From Podospora anserina (taxonomy: Eukaryota), in the NCBI GenBank assembly GCA_017654855.1, contig JAFMPO010000001.1, forward strand, positions 124,001 to 188,000: a DNA stretch of 64,000 bases, given 5' to 3'. This document shows positions 1 to 12,481 of the stretch, one piece after another. The translations under genes were made by a program, and so were the position numbers. Numbering within the stretch: position 1 is the first letter of the stretch; the number at the start of each line of letters is the position of its first letter. The notes below the pieces were generated by a model. The model was given only the letters and a program-made list of their open reading frames with translations. It did not search any database and had not been told where the DNA came from.

Positions 1-247
1 AGTCTTCTGCAACCAATCCTGTGTCCATATCCAGGAGGAAGAATCCAGTAGTGCCGAAAGAGCACTGTTCGAGTCGAGGACGGACATCATGAATGGCGAT
101 GTTGTCCACCTTTTCGAGCAGCATGTTGGTCTGGGGGATCTTCTTTGTAGGCTTCTGCCGTCTAAGTTCGTAGACGCGTTCAGTCTCAAATTTGGGATCC
201 CGTTGCAGGAAATACATCCATGAGTGAATAGGATCGGTGGCAGCCAT
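1..247 (-). CDS. 5' part of a CmcJ/asaB-like oxidoreductase/methyltransferase family gene (runs off the window)
   Basis: Manual translation from ATG 247: MAATDPIHSWMYFLQRDPKFETERVYELRRQKPTKKIPQTNMLLEKVDNIAIHDVRPRLEQCSFGTTGFFLL. The frame is open to the window edge; 'FLQRDPKFETE..Y', 'TN' and 'IHDVR...F...GF' resemble the CmcJ-like N-terminus. Confidence 0.6.
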   Translation of the reverse strand, partial: MAATDPIHSWMYFLQRDPKFETERVYELRRQKPTKKIPQTNMLLEKVDNIAIHDVRPRLEQCSFGTTGFFLLDMDTGLVAED

Positions 248-1585
248 GTTGTTTCGAGGGCGGTATTGTGTCAATTGAGAAAGTGAAGTGTGATGGTGCT
301 ACTACGGGTTTGGGGAAGGTTTTGTCAAAATAAGTCCTGGCAATTTTATGGATGCAGATTGGTTTCGGGTAAGCGTGGTGGCGTTTATTGCTCTGGTACA
401 TGAGAGAGGGGAGCTGACCTGTGCTAGTGGCCAGCTGAGTCTACATGTGATGCTACGACGCTAGTCGCTCAGTGCTTATCAAATAAGTCCCAATGCTGCT
501 ACGTTTACTGTTTCCGGAGACTGGTAGGTTGCTGAAGAGGTGTGATAGGAAAAAATAGGCTTAAAGGTTGCTTGTTGTGGTCATGCAAAAGCCACCTCAA
601 TGTAGCCAGTGAGCGAGTGGAGTGGTCGGATTCTTCTGTCCTGCCACTCGGGTAGCAAGAGGCCTGCTGCTCCTTTCTTCCCCCTACCCCTAAGATACTT
701 CAGATGGGGAGACACGTAAATCGCTGGGCCCACATACTCACCCACAGGGCTCGTGTTGTTGGACTTGGAAAATTCAGCCTTTGTTACGTTCCCTCCACAC
801 CACGCGACTTTCTCTTGGACCCGCACCACCATTGATATCAAAAAAGAAGTTATCCCAAGTGTCGTACCAAAAGGACGTCCTTGGTCATGGGGCCAAGGGA
901 AGGGGTATATCATCACCCCAAGTAAATTGCTTTACTCCGCATGGCTTCGGGACTAATCCAGCAGATTTAATTGCATTTATCATGGAACATACTCTCATGC
1001 TTGTTCAGTGTCACAGCCTAGTTTCGTCAGCGAGATGAAGGTTCTTGAGGCTTTTGATGCAGATGAAGCAACATTGGGTAATTACCTAATTGATTGGAGC
1101 CCGTGACCATCCTCGGAGCTGTCAAAGTCGCCATTCAACGGTTCAAATTAAGACTCGTTCAAACCCTGGAAGGGGAGAGATGTTCCTGTTTTTGACAGGT
1201 AACCAGAACCCTCATTATTGGAAAGGGGCTTTCAGATGGTTGAAGAGTGTCGAAGAGTGTTGGATTGTGTTGTGGGTGTTAATGCGGTGGACCGTGGTGT
1301 GATAATGTGTTATGGATTATAGAATAGTGGAAATTGCTTGATTGTAGTCAGATAGTGTTTGAGACAACAACGTTGTTCTGCTTTAATAGTTCTTGTCATT
1401 TTGTTGTGTTTGTGTTGGTGATGAAGTGGGGCAAGAAGTGTCTGGTTTGATCAACAGCTCATTGGCCGAAGTGACCCCGCCTCCAGGTAGGCAGTCACCC
1501 TATAAAAGGGAATTTGTCCTTTCCAGGAACCAAAGATGATGCAACCATTTTCATCTCGACATCACTGCTCACCTTACTTATTATA

Positions 1586-3687
1586 ATGTTCGAACGTCTC
1601 CCGGAGGAGCTGCTCCGAGAAGTGGCCAAAGGGTTTAACATTCAAGATGTCAAAACCCTCTCGCTCGTCTCCAAGACCTTCCATGCCATATGGGGACCGA
1701 GGTTTTGGAGCACATTATGTGTTAATACTGCTGGTCCAGGAGACCGCCCATCATCTGTCAGCATCAAACGGATCGAACAATGCGCCCATGCGCTTCAGAA
1801 TGCTACCTCCTCCATACAGAATGTCGCCGACATGGTGTTTCGACGGGACACTCGATGGAAGCTATGGGGCTATGAGAAGGAAGAAGACTGGCCCAACGTC
1901 GCCTGTTTCCACCGGCAGCCACCACCGGAGGACCTTGGGGTGTGGAGAGCTCTGCAACGAGCAGCGCCAGTCGCTGGATGGTCAAAAGATGAATGGTCCT
2001 TAAGGAATCAAAGGTGCGTCGAGGCAAGCATAGAACGAATGGGAAAGCAGCTGGGTCCCGACAACATGGACGACGTTGCTCTCGCTGTACAGTCTGTTCT
2101 CGAACGCATCCCCGCTGGCCAACTCCAATCTTTCACCTGGGACTTGGCAACATGCATTCCTCAGCCTATTTTGGATAGCCTCTTCCAAACGCAACCGCAG
2201 CTCCAGTCTATATCCTTGACGTCTGATACCCGTTGCAAGGCCATGACCAAAAACATCCACCTACCGTTCTGCCAGCTCAAACGGATTACTTGCAATACGA
2301 TACCACGATCTTATGTTCTACCGGTTCGAAGAATGCTTGAAAACAATAGAGGGCGCTTGCATGACCTCCAAATCGAGGAATTGCCGTACGGGGGCCTTTT
2401 CGAGGAGCTCTTATTTGGTCCAAAAGAATGTGAAGATTCCGCTGATCGGTGCCACAGTATGTTGGGAGCGAATCTTGATGTATTGTTTCCATCACTTGCA
2501 ATCCTGTCTTTGAGATCGGTCTATTTGACCAAGAGAATGGATCGAGCATTCAACATCAGTGGTCTAGATGCACTTACATTACGCCAATGTTCGCGATCGA
2601 GTGAATTCCTCGAAAGAATAATGGCAGCAAACAGACCCCTTCAGCTCAAGACCTTTGAGTTCATGTCTAGCCATGGGCACGATAATGATGACTATGACGT
2701 GGAGACGAATACAGTCAACACCTTTCTTCTATCATTCAACGGTCTAGAAAACCTCTATATCGGTTTTGCCAGAGATTTCGACGAAGACAGCGCTGGCTTC
2801 CACCCCCTCTGGTCTACCGTTGGCCATCACGGCTCAACACTGAAGAGGCTGGTGGTCCATCAGCGAGGCCTATGGACAGGTCCAATGTGCACAATGGGCG
2901 TCTTTGAGAGAAATGTCGATCCCATTCGTGACGTCGATGGCACGCTCGATATTTCAGAGACGAACATCAGCAAGTGGGCGCTGGATCCCGCCGAAAATCC
3001 CCTCTCAGCCCTTCCAAAACTTGAATGCCTCGGCCTACCTTGCGCTGTTTCAGACTGGAGCGAGTCCGATACGTGGGCGAGACATAGTATAGAACCAGGT
3101 GTGCGGTCCGAGCCTTTTATTGTATGTATCTTGCATTGCGGCTTGTACTGATAACTTCCTAACCGATCGTAAAAAACATCCAGATAACCCTCCTCAAGCC
3201 ATTTACCGGAGGCTCACGAAGCCTCAGGCTCCTCCATTTACGAAAAACAGGCTCAGGTTATGCATGGGCCTTCAAAGCGACCAGCCTCCCGCCTTATTCC
3301 AGGCGACGGCGGGCCGCGTCAACTCGGGCCCACGATGCTGAAGACGTTTTCCTCCTTCCCATCCCTCCTTCCGATATGTTATCATCCCTCCACCCACCTT
3401 TCTCCTGTTTTCTCAATTGGGCCTTCGGGCCAAAGGGCATTCACTCCCTCCAGGCCGTCGCTTTTGGGGATTTTGCAAACGGCCACATGGGCGGCAAATT
3501 CCTTCACAACATCTTTGCCATTCGTAACAAGGATGAGCTGCGAGGATACCAGGTGTTTGACTGTCGCGACAAAGCCCATGAGCACAAATGGCGGGCCATG
3601 GCGGATAGGTACGCTGACTTTCTGGAATCATGTCCCGTCGGGCCGCGGGTGGAAAGTTGGGGGGATGGGTCGAGGTATTATTTCTAA
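1586..3687 (+). CDS. F-box protein with LRR/RNI-like solenoid, 2 exons
   Basis: MFERLPEELLREVAKGF...LSLVSKTFH is an F-box pattern, followed by LxxLxL motifs. Intron 3123-3183 (GTATGT...CTAAC...CAG) joins exon 1 in frame to ITLLKPF...FLNWAFGPKGIHSLQAVAFGDF...YYF*. Confidence 0.8.
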
Positions 3688-3762
3688 TTGAGAAGCGCTT
3701 TTACATGGGGCTGTAATAGTCTAGAGCAACACATTTACTTCAGAAAAATATAAACACGGCAA

Positions 3763-5973
3763 TTATTCCAACTCTGCCCGATTCTCCTCTGTTCCTGTCC
3801 TGGCCTGGTACAGTGCCTCTAACCTTGCGGCAGCAGCTTGGGACGCATACTCTTGCTGTTTCGGGGGTGGGGTGGTGGCAGGGGCGTACCAACTCAGATA
3901 TGGTAGTGTTCTCACCTCCCTGGAAAAGGAAGGCGATTTGTGCGGGAGGATTCGTTGCAAAATCGGTATTTTTGGCTGTTGGGTTGGTAGATCAAGAAGA
4001 GGCCATGGCGCTGGCTGGGTGTATGGCGCCGGTCGTGTAGCCTCGTGGTCGGATTCCTCGCCTGTGGCTTGAGGGATCTGCGGGATTGCGGGTGGTGGTC
4101 TCGAGGGGGAGGGTGGTGGCCTCACTGGCGACGACGGAGGTATAACTGTTGCATCCAACCCTTCCTTTGCACCTGCGTCCTCCTGGCGCATGATTATCCG
4201 CATGACAGGCAGTTCTTTCAGGTTGTCCTGGCCGTCATTGAGCGAGCATGCCAAGTCAGTCAGATATGCCACGTGCTGATGCTCGGCATTTTCTGCGTCA
4301 ACGGCTGTGGTGAGAAGATCCAAGATGCGCTGACGCTGCTCAGTTGTGGTAGTTGAAGCAAAGGAGAAGCTGGACAGAGCGCCGAGGTTCGTAGCTCGCG
4401 CTCCGTGCCCAAGCAAGCTTGCAACAGCCTGGGAATGGCCTTCGAAAGCCGCGCGCCTCAGGGGATCCCAGCCTTGTGCATCAAGTTCATGTACAGACCC
4501 TCCGTGTTGGAGCAGCGCCTGGATCACTTGGACATGACCACCACTCGCTGCCAAATACATCGGTGTATCCGTTGTTCCCTTGACCCTGGCGCCACGGGTG
4601 AGTAGGTAACTCGCAATCTCTGCATGTCCGTTTTGGCATTGATGTCTGCCTCTCGGTCTAGGAGAGTCGCTATGACTTGGCAATGACCACTGGCAGCTGC
4701 CAGATGGAACGGGGAAAGCTTCCACTTGTCCTTGGACTGTACGTTGGCACCCTCTGCAATCAATCAACAACTCGACAATATCGTTGTGACCGCAGTGACA
4801 GGCGACGGAAAGAGGCGTTCTTCCGGTTCCTTTGTGCGGATGGTTGATGTCAGCCCTCTTGCGAATCAGCGAGGCTATTTCTTCCTGGTCGCCCCTTTGA
4901 TCCGCCACAATGGGCTTCGGTGGTGGATGATTACCGTTAGACTGGAGGTATATATCGGTAGCTTCGAACTCGCCAAGGAATCGATTACCCAACTGATACT
5001 TTGACGACATTGTCGCAGCTTGCTTGTTGGCGTTCGACCGTCTCAGTTGCCTCAAGCGTTGGCGGATGGGGGAAGATGGCGATTTGGGCAGAGACCCGTC
5101 CGAGACTGAACCGCTGGTGTTGGAACTCTTGTCGCTGACAGGAGACCTTGGCTCGGAAGATGGGCTGTCTGGTAGCATCTTAAAGGGCATTGGGCGTTCC
5201 CACGTGGGGTCTCGACAATCGTGATACTTGTTTTCATAACTGGGACTTGGTGGTCTGACGTGCATGTCGAACAGGGGAACAGTATCGGGACGGCTCTCCG
5301 CGAAACTGTCAATTCTGTCCAATCTCCCTAACGATGCTGGCGCCGGTTCGGAACCAGCAACCGTTGACAGTTCGGTATCTCGGAGGGTGGATTGTTCTCG
5401 AACTGTGCTCGTGTCATCGCGTATTCCTTGGAAAATCTGCCGGGCGGTCCCTGCTCGAAGGACCCTGTTTTGTTCCGTGAGACTCTGGCTGTGGGGAAGT
5501 GTCTGTCAGCTTGTGTAGGGACATGGCGCGCAACTCGAACTGCAAGACTTACCAATACGCTGCACTGAGAAGTACCTGCAACGCCGAAATCTGGGAATCC
5601 AGTCGTTGTTCGTGTTCCTTGATCTTCGAGTCGATAAACAACTGTTTCAGGCGCGACACAATTGTATTTTCGAGCAGTCCCGCCACATCTTGGTCCAGCG
5701 TTTCAATAAAGACCTGGCATCCTTCATGGCCACTCCCAAGCTGTCATGCATTTCCTCGCCATCGGGGCTTGTGGACGCGTATAACTCCGCCCAGTCCTTG
5801 ACTTGTGCCAGCGCGGCTCGTACTGTAGATAACTTTGCGATCAAAAGTTGTAGCGACCGTGCGCCCTCAGACCATCGCTGTTTGAGGGAATAGAGGTTGG
5901 TTGTGACCCGGGCGATGACTGTTACGATTTCACTGCAGGCTGCAACGGCGCCAATGATCGAGAGGGGCTCCAT
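3763..5973 (-). pseudogene. HeLo-like N-terminal domain + ankyrin-repeat protein, frameshifted
   Basis: N-terminus MEPLSIIGAVAACSEIV...LKQRWSEGARSLQLLIAKLSTVRAAL resembles the fungal HeLo-like/STAND N-terminal type. Ankyrin motifs: GRTPLSVACHCGH, SPFHLAAASGH, TPMYLAASGGH, DPLRRAAFEGH. Frameshifts near 5725 (ATG-AAG where ATG-GAA-GGA continues the protein) and at about 4760 and 4635. Confidence 0.75.
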
Positions 5974-6507
5974 TGTCGAGGTTTAGAGGGCCACGGAAAC
6001 TCTGGTGTGATAAACTGATGAAGAACCACGCAACCACCTGTTGGAGTGACGAACTGAATGTGGAAAGAAGCATGGGTCACTCAGTGGACCCACACAACAT
6101 CGGACACCAGGAAAGCACAAAGCGTCGTACCGTCGAGTCGTACCATAAGGACGTCCATGGCCACGGGGCCAAGGCAAGGAGGAGATTTCACCACAAAGAC
6201 CCACATAAGGGTTATTGTGACAGGAGCCCGTGCTCTCGGGCTGACGCCCAGTTGTGCAGATCTATTGACAAGACCTCCTGAATGCTTCCGGAGAGTGGCT
6301 GTGAGTTCTTCAGAAAGCGGAAATGGGGGTAGCTGAGATGCAGGTTGATGGCATCTTGGGGACAAGAGATGACGCGTAAGGTGCAGTCGAAGGCAGACTT
6401 AGCCCAAGAGGCATACATCTTCCAAGAATTATTTCGTTTATTCTCCACTCCCTTGTTGATATCCAACGCTTCAACTGACAATCCCCAGGCTCCCATAACC
6501 AACCCCT

Positions 6508-7239
6508 CTACTCTAACTCGACCGGCAAACACCCGTCGCTCCGTTCCCCTCTTTCACAACCCGATGGACAATCCCCCCCGGCAAACTGCCACCCAAACAA
6601 CACCTTACTCTCCTCACTTCCCACCCCCCCAAGCACCACCTCCGGGTCCTGATCCCTCATCCCGACTCCACTCCCAATAACCTCCTCACTCCCTATATCC
6701 AACTGTCCCCATCCCAGCTCAATCAACTCTTTGATAGACACCCCATAAACATACTCCCTAAACCCCGCCCACCTCACAGCAGCAGCGCACATGGGGCAGC
6801 TTTCGGCGTTGGTGTACAAGCTCAGGTCCTTGAACGCGGCTAGCGACTCCGCTGGTGTCATATTATAAGCCGAGGAGACAAAGATTGAGGAGCAGTTGTT
6901 TATTGCTGCCATCTCCCCGTGAAGAGTCGGGTTGCCGGCCAGGGAATTCTGGTTTGCGCCAGTGCAGATGAGGGTTCCTTGGGGGTTGTCGAGGGTGTGG
7001 TTCACGATGACGGTGCCAAAGGCTGCGAAGGGGCAGGGGTAGGGGAAGAGGGCGAGGGTGTTGGCTTGGTGGATCCAGTGTTTACGGACTGAGAGGGGGA
7101 TTTTTGGGGAGGTAGTGTGATATTTTGGGGGCTTATTACGAGGTACCGGTGAGATGCTCGGGGAGTCGGCTGGGGAGTGGGTGCATGATGTGGTTAGTGA
7201 GATCACAAGGGGTAATGAGGCTATTGAGAAGCTCTTCAT
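6508..7239 (-). CDS. Cytidine/deoxycytidylate (guanine-deaminase-like) Zn deaminase with a predicted signal peptide
   Basis: Zn motifs PTLHGEMAAI and LYTNAESCPMC, also PFAAFGTVIV; hydrophobic N-terminus. Confidence 0.85.
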   Translation of the reverse strand: MKSFSIASLPLVISLTTSCTHSPADSPSISPVPRNKPPKYHTTSPKIPLSVRKHWIHQANTLALFPYPCPFAAFGTVIVNHTLDNPQGTLICTGANQNSLAGNPTLHGEMAAINNCSSIFVSSAYNMTPAESLAAFKDLSLYTNAESCPMCAAAVRWAGFREYVYGVSIKELIELGWGQLDIGSEEVIGSGVGMRDQDPEVVLGGVGSEESKVLFGWQFAGGDCPSGCERGERSDGCLPVELE

Positions 7240-7579
7240 ATTGGGTTGTTTGTGAATTGGAGGGATGGAGGATGAGATAGCTTTGTCGATGATGAGTTGT
7301 GGTTACCTATGAGAATTGAAGGTTGGAATGCTGACATCATCGGTCGGAATTGGCCATGATTCGTTGGCGGCCACATATCTCATACCGCAACCACACTGAA
7401 ACTAGTAGTGAGCGAAGATTCGCGAGAAGACGGTCGTCTCTATGTTCTATTATGAAGATAGTCGTTCCTGTGCTCTAGTATGAAGATAAATAATTATGTA
7501 CCCAATTTGGGTGCCAGAAGATTTTACCACTGCTCAATGACGTCCACACCCTGTCCTGTCTTCCAGTTAAAAGTCCCTA

Positions 7580-8616
7580 TCATTGCCCCTGGTTCAAAAC
7601 CGCTGGCTTCGTAGGCGGAGTACCCTGTGGACTTTCCATCTCTGTTGGGCCAGTCTCAGGACCAGGAGCTTCCACCCTGCCATATGTATCCCACCGAGCA
7701 CCACTCAATTCGGCCGGCGCCTGCGTATGTCCCAGTTCCTACGCCGTGACTTGGGGTTCCTTCATGCCCGGGTGCCACTGTTACTCGGGCTGACCGGAAT
7801 AGTAATGTTTCTCGCCAGGCGGCCCGGAGGCAGGGTATCCGGGTGGAGGTGTTCCTGCCTCAGTGGCAGGTAGTTCAGCTTGTGCGTAGGGTCCGTCCCG
7901 GGCTAATCCACGGCGCTTCGTCCGCCAAAGCAAAAAGGCGCCCACCACGATGCCAATTATCACTGCAGCAGCACCAACCGCAATACCCGCTATCGCTCCA
8001 GTCGAGATCCCGCCGCTGGAAGGCTCCTTAGGGGTTGATGTGGTGGTCGGTCCCAGGTCTGAGGAAATGTCTGATGAGGGAAGGTCTGAGGGCTTCCACG
8101 CGAGCTGGATCATTGGCGCGTAGATATACGCCTGAGACCAGTTCTGGTAGGGGAGAGTCATCGGAGCGAGATTGATCTGGGTTCCGCTCTCGCACTGATA
8201 TGTTGAAATGGTGGTGGCGCGAGCAATCGAGATGCAGGTTTGGCCGTTCTCGTTGTGGCAGGCGTAGCCCTCGGGACAGTAGCCTATAAAGGGTTCTTCC
8301 GGTTCCATCCTGTACTGCACGCGCCAACCCTGCGAGGTGGCGCTGGCGGTGCATGCCGATTGATAGCCCGCTGGGCACTCGAGGCCGGCGAGTAGAATCC
8401 CCAGCCGTAGAAGGCCGAGTTCGTTCTCGGAGCGCCTATTGTCGTCGGGGGCTAACAGTCGGCGTTATCTTAAACGTCCGTCGGCCCGCATGTCTGTCCT
8501 AACCAGCCCACGTTGAGCTTAATATGATGGGCTGGTGTCCAGCATGCTTCCGGAGCTGTGAAGGTTGTAGTGAGATCACCGAGGATCTTTCTGGCTTGGT
8601 TAGTCAAGATTGACAT
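7580..8616 (-). pseudogene. Single-pass membrane protein (Cys/Thr-rich ectodomain, GAIAGIAVG TM helix), with premature stops
   Basis: Reads LTTTFTAPEAC...DV*DNADC*PPTT...GFYSP(frameshift)LECPAGY...IYAPMIQLAWKPSDL...GAIAGIAVGAAAVIIGIVVGAFLLWR...PE*QW...TA*EL. The stops sit where Q (CAA/CAG) or W (TGG) would fit. Confidence 0.7.
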
Positions 8617-10122
8617 CTTGTCTCGCGGCGAACTCGGACTTGTTAGTGTGGGGATGAAATGTTGCTCTGTCGTCGTCGCGTTGAGGAAAAAAGAAACTGG
8701 AAACCCATGCTGGTCATTCTTGGGAGCCCCGCTTTTGATGGCGCGAGATTCACCGGCCGGGACAACTAGCGAGGAGGCCAAGCCCGTACGTCGCCAGGGT
8801 GGTAAAGTCTAAACTGGTCGAGACAGCCATCGCGTGTCTTAGTAACTGTTTATCGATTGGTTGAAGAATCTGTACCCTTGCCAGTCTTTAACAACTCGTT
8901 CTGCTGATTCGTTCATTCAACCCCAGACCGCCACAGGTCTATCCGTGCATGTTAAGGTGGAAGGGATCGAGGCCCGGCGAGGGTGTCCCGTCCTTCCCCG
9001 TGGTGGTGATCCTAGTATGATCGACGGGGCGAAGAAGTTAACAGTAAAACTTATCCTTGACGTCCACTGCACCGCAGGGTAGAGGGGCCTAGACCACGGG
9101 TCTAGATAAGCGCTGCAAGTCAACTCTTCTCCCAGAAGTTTGAAGGTCGCCTGTGTCCGGTAGTGAATTGGTATGGTAAAAGCATTGCAACCCTGAGACT
9201 GTCAAGTTCTCGTCGAAGCCAGAACAGGCTATTTAATCTCAAGCAAGGGGCCTTCTGTTAAACTGATATTGCGAATTCATCACGGACCCGCGGTGTATAG
9301 AGCTGTACATAATCTTCCTACCGGAGCCAAACGACGAGCAAATGAGGCTCGGCCTCGACCGACAAGTTGGTATTAATGGCCATGGCAGTCACGGTTGAGA
9401 TTGATGGGAGGTGCGAGTGACCGCGTTACATGTGCTGCCTAGTAGGGTGGGTTGGCCCCTGCGCCAGGGCAGGTACTTAACTGCAAGAACCGAGGAGCAA
9501 TTCAACAACAAGCAATCACTCAGTGGTGTAATTGGCACAGGTGTTGGTTCTCGTACTCGGGTACTCTGGATACTCGGTTTGGAACACACCGGTGGAACGC
9601 ACTGTAGAGCACAGTGAAACGCTGGAGGGCCCTTGCAACTCCCAATGCAAGGTCCTCTTGGAGGTAGAAATTGCTTCATTATTTGCGTGATATTTTCCAT
9701 ATAGGAGATCTTCTTTTTCCCTTGTAAGAACTTCCTAATACAAACAATGCAGGGGCTATTGAATGTTAAGTTTGTGTGACATGCATCCTTCGGTATGCGA
9801 GGAGCATCGTGACGAATTGGGAGCGCAGGAGGTTGACGGTTCAATTCTGAAGTGAGGCAGCATTTTCTCAGGCTTTTGGACGACACGCCTTGTTAAGCAA
9901 AGTGGCCGTCGCATTGCGGGAGAGTGTTTGAACCTGAACTATGCTTATACTTTTCTTGGTTACGTAGTCTACGGAAGTCATATTTCGACTTTTTGTTAAG
10001 ATGCTAGTGATTCTTAGGTAAGAATTGATCTTTACCTCTATCGTTGTTATAATACCCAATCCTGCACAGGTCGTCCCTTTAATACTGAACTTGCTTAGGA
10101 TTTTCCGGCCGTAGTATATTTA

Positions 10123-10340
10123 ACGTACATTATAAGCGAGCGACCAATATAAGCGAGCGACTACTTTTTTCACGTAACGCCTAACCTCACCCTCAAAACC
10201 TAATTTTCTTAACAATCCAAAATGCTATCTACTTCAAAGGAAGCCTATATAATTTTAGCCCTTAAGGCTCTTCAAAATAATAAAGGTCTAAGTGTATTAG
10301 CGGTAGTTAAGATATATAACGTCGATCGTAGTACGCTTAG
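10123..10340 (+). mobile_element. 5' end of a RIP-mutated Fot1/pogo DNA transposon
   Basis: TA followed by an ACGT terminus with a duplicated ATAAGCGAGCGAC. From ATG 10222, MLSTSKEAYIILALKALQNNKGLSVLAVVKIYNVDRSTL resembles the HTH-psq start of Fot1 transposases. Cut by the LTR at 10341. Confidence 0.75.
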
Positions 10341-10707
10341 TGTGACGAACCCCTGTACAGAACCTCTGAAAGGGATACTGGTTGAAGGCTACTTCTGACA
10401 ATTGGTTCGGTGCGGCTAAACAGCGCACAACAAGATGTCTCAATATAAACACAAGATACCGTGAATACAAGCTGTGAATTGCATACTGCGGAACTGTCCA
10501 TCTACACCAGCCAGTTCCTCCGTATATATAGACCTTAACCTCCAAGTACCTCCGTACCTGGATCTATCTATTCTTTCCTAGATCCCATGGATCTAGCTTC
10601 CAACTCCTAGATCCCCTAGTCCGTGTTATTCCCTGCTCCACAGGCCCCACTTATCCGTCGCTCGTTCTCACTGGCCCGAGCGACCCCGCTTCTTCTGAAC
10701 CGTGACA
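10341..10707 (-). mobile_element. Solo LTR, Ty3/gypsy family A (crapaud-like)
   Basis: TGTGAC...GTGACA termini. It shares about 190 bp (GAACCCCT..AGAACCTCTGAAAGGGATACTGGTTGAAGG...CCGTATATATAGACC) with the copies at 31236, 33450, 33846, 50849, 53059 and 55916. Confidence 0.85.
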
Positions 10708-12302
10708 GCTAGTTACTTATTTAGGATTTTGTAAATCCGGAGGTCTTTTAAGGTTTATTATTACTAAAGTGGGGGGACTATACTAATACCGATGATAATA
10801 GCTTTCTAATCGGAGGTTCCGTTTAGGGTTAAATATAACTAGGTTTTATAGATACTTAGGCTATCCCAGGCATCGTCTTATTTAATATACGAATTAAGGA
10901 GATTAGTAATGGCATAACTAATAATATAGGCTCCAATAGAAGCCTATTTAAGACACTTATTAGGGTAAGAGCTCACTTTATTCCGCTAACCATTAGAACG
11001 AAGACGCACTAAAGGGTAATATTAGTTTTGGGGGGCTATAAGTCTTATATCGATCAGCATGTTAACCTTAAAGACTCGCCTGGCTTCGATTTTAATAACT
11101 TAATATTTTTCGACCCGGGTACTAAAGAAAAATACTAGTAAATTACCACAGGAAATATACCGCCTTATCCCCGGGCTCACTTCTGCGTCACTGGTTTTGC
11201 TCTAGTAGGTGGTGGTTATGATGTGTAAGGTTGAAGTCTATACGTATAACTAAATATTTATATTAGTCGTTAATAGTTATATCTGTAGTTTTATGTTCGG
11301 AGGACGGAACCAGGCACAATAGACCTATTACGAGGATGCCTATATTCTTAGCCTGCCATGCTTTGTATGGACTTTGGTTCCAATTCCTCCCGCAGGGCCA
11401 CGATATTTCCAGTAGGTCTTCCGATAATATCCACCACGAGATCCGCACTGACATGTCAACCATTTTAGTGCGTGTGTCTCTCTGGGAAATCAGGTGCTCA
11501 GTATCGGGGGAAATACAGATAAAATCAAGTCTGTAGATGCAGCTCCCCAAGGCTTACTGATCTTTGACATGACAGTACACGCATGGAAGGATAGCTACGA
11601 CGCCGAAGCTAAGAACTATTCAAGGGCCCCAATTGTGGAAGCATGGTATCAAGATGGGTTAGTGTCAAGTTATCATCCCTCAAACGCAATGCTGGCTCCG
11701 CCACGAGAAGAAGCTGACATTGCCCAACATGTAGGGGCATGAACAAGGTCAATTGGTCTTCAGAGCAGGTGAAAGCCCTCTTCGTCACAGATACGGGCAC
11801 CGCACCTCCAGGGGTTCCGCCTGGCGAGCGATCAGAGACCCCCGAAGGCACAGAACAAGTGGACTCAGGGACACAGATCCCAGCCGGAGCCATAGCAGGA
11901 GCAAAAGCCGGAGGAATGCTCGCCTTGGCTATTCTAGTCACTCTTGCCATTTGGATGGTTTATCGTCACAAGAAAGCGAAGAAAGAAGAGACCAACAAGC
12001 CCCAATGGCCACAGACTCTGAAACAGTCCAGTCAGTCTCATTTGATGGAAATGCCCATTGACAGACCCGAGTCCGATAAGCTTTGTGGTTACCGGGGGTC
12101 ATCACGATTAGCAAACAACACATCGAGTAACAGCGCTCGGATGTCGGTGCAAAGAGTGGAAGTCAGTGTGAACAATGACCATTGGGAGGTGCCAGTAGCC
12201 CCAAAGGCGCTGTCGGTTGATGAGTCGAGGAGGGTAACTATCAAGCCGGTTGACATGGGAGTCGAGCTCGATCATTGCAATCTGCAAGATAGGTGGATGT
12301 AG
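10708..12302 (+). pseudogene. 5'-truncated, partly RIP-mutated kelch-like/cell-wall-anchored membrane protein
   Basis: Degenerate DFNNLIFFDPGTKEKY*.ITTGNIPPYPRAHFCVTG, then QGLLIFDMTVHAWKDSYD and a TM helix GAIAGAKAGGMLALAILVTLAIWMVYR. TpA-rich near the LTR, normal composition further away. Confidence 0.6.
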
Positions 12303-12481
12303 CTTCTAAAAGCGTTTGAGCGATGGGTTTCACTGGTAAAGAAAAAGAAGGAGCGACACTAATATACGATAAAACTACCTCACGAACACCGAATGCTACC
12401 CAAAGGTCTCGCCGAAAGGGCTCAACCAGTGAAAAGCATGACCCTATCCCCTCCCGAGTCCACCGTCCCTCAGCAGTCCAG

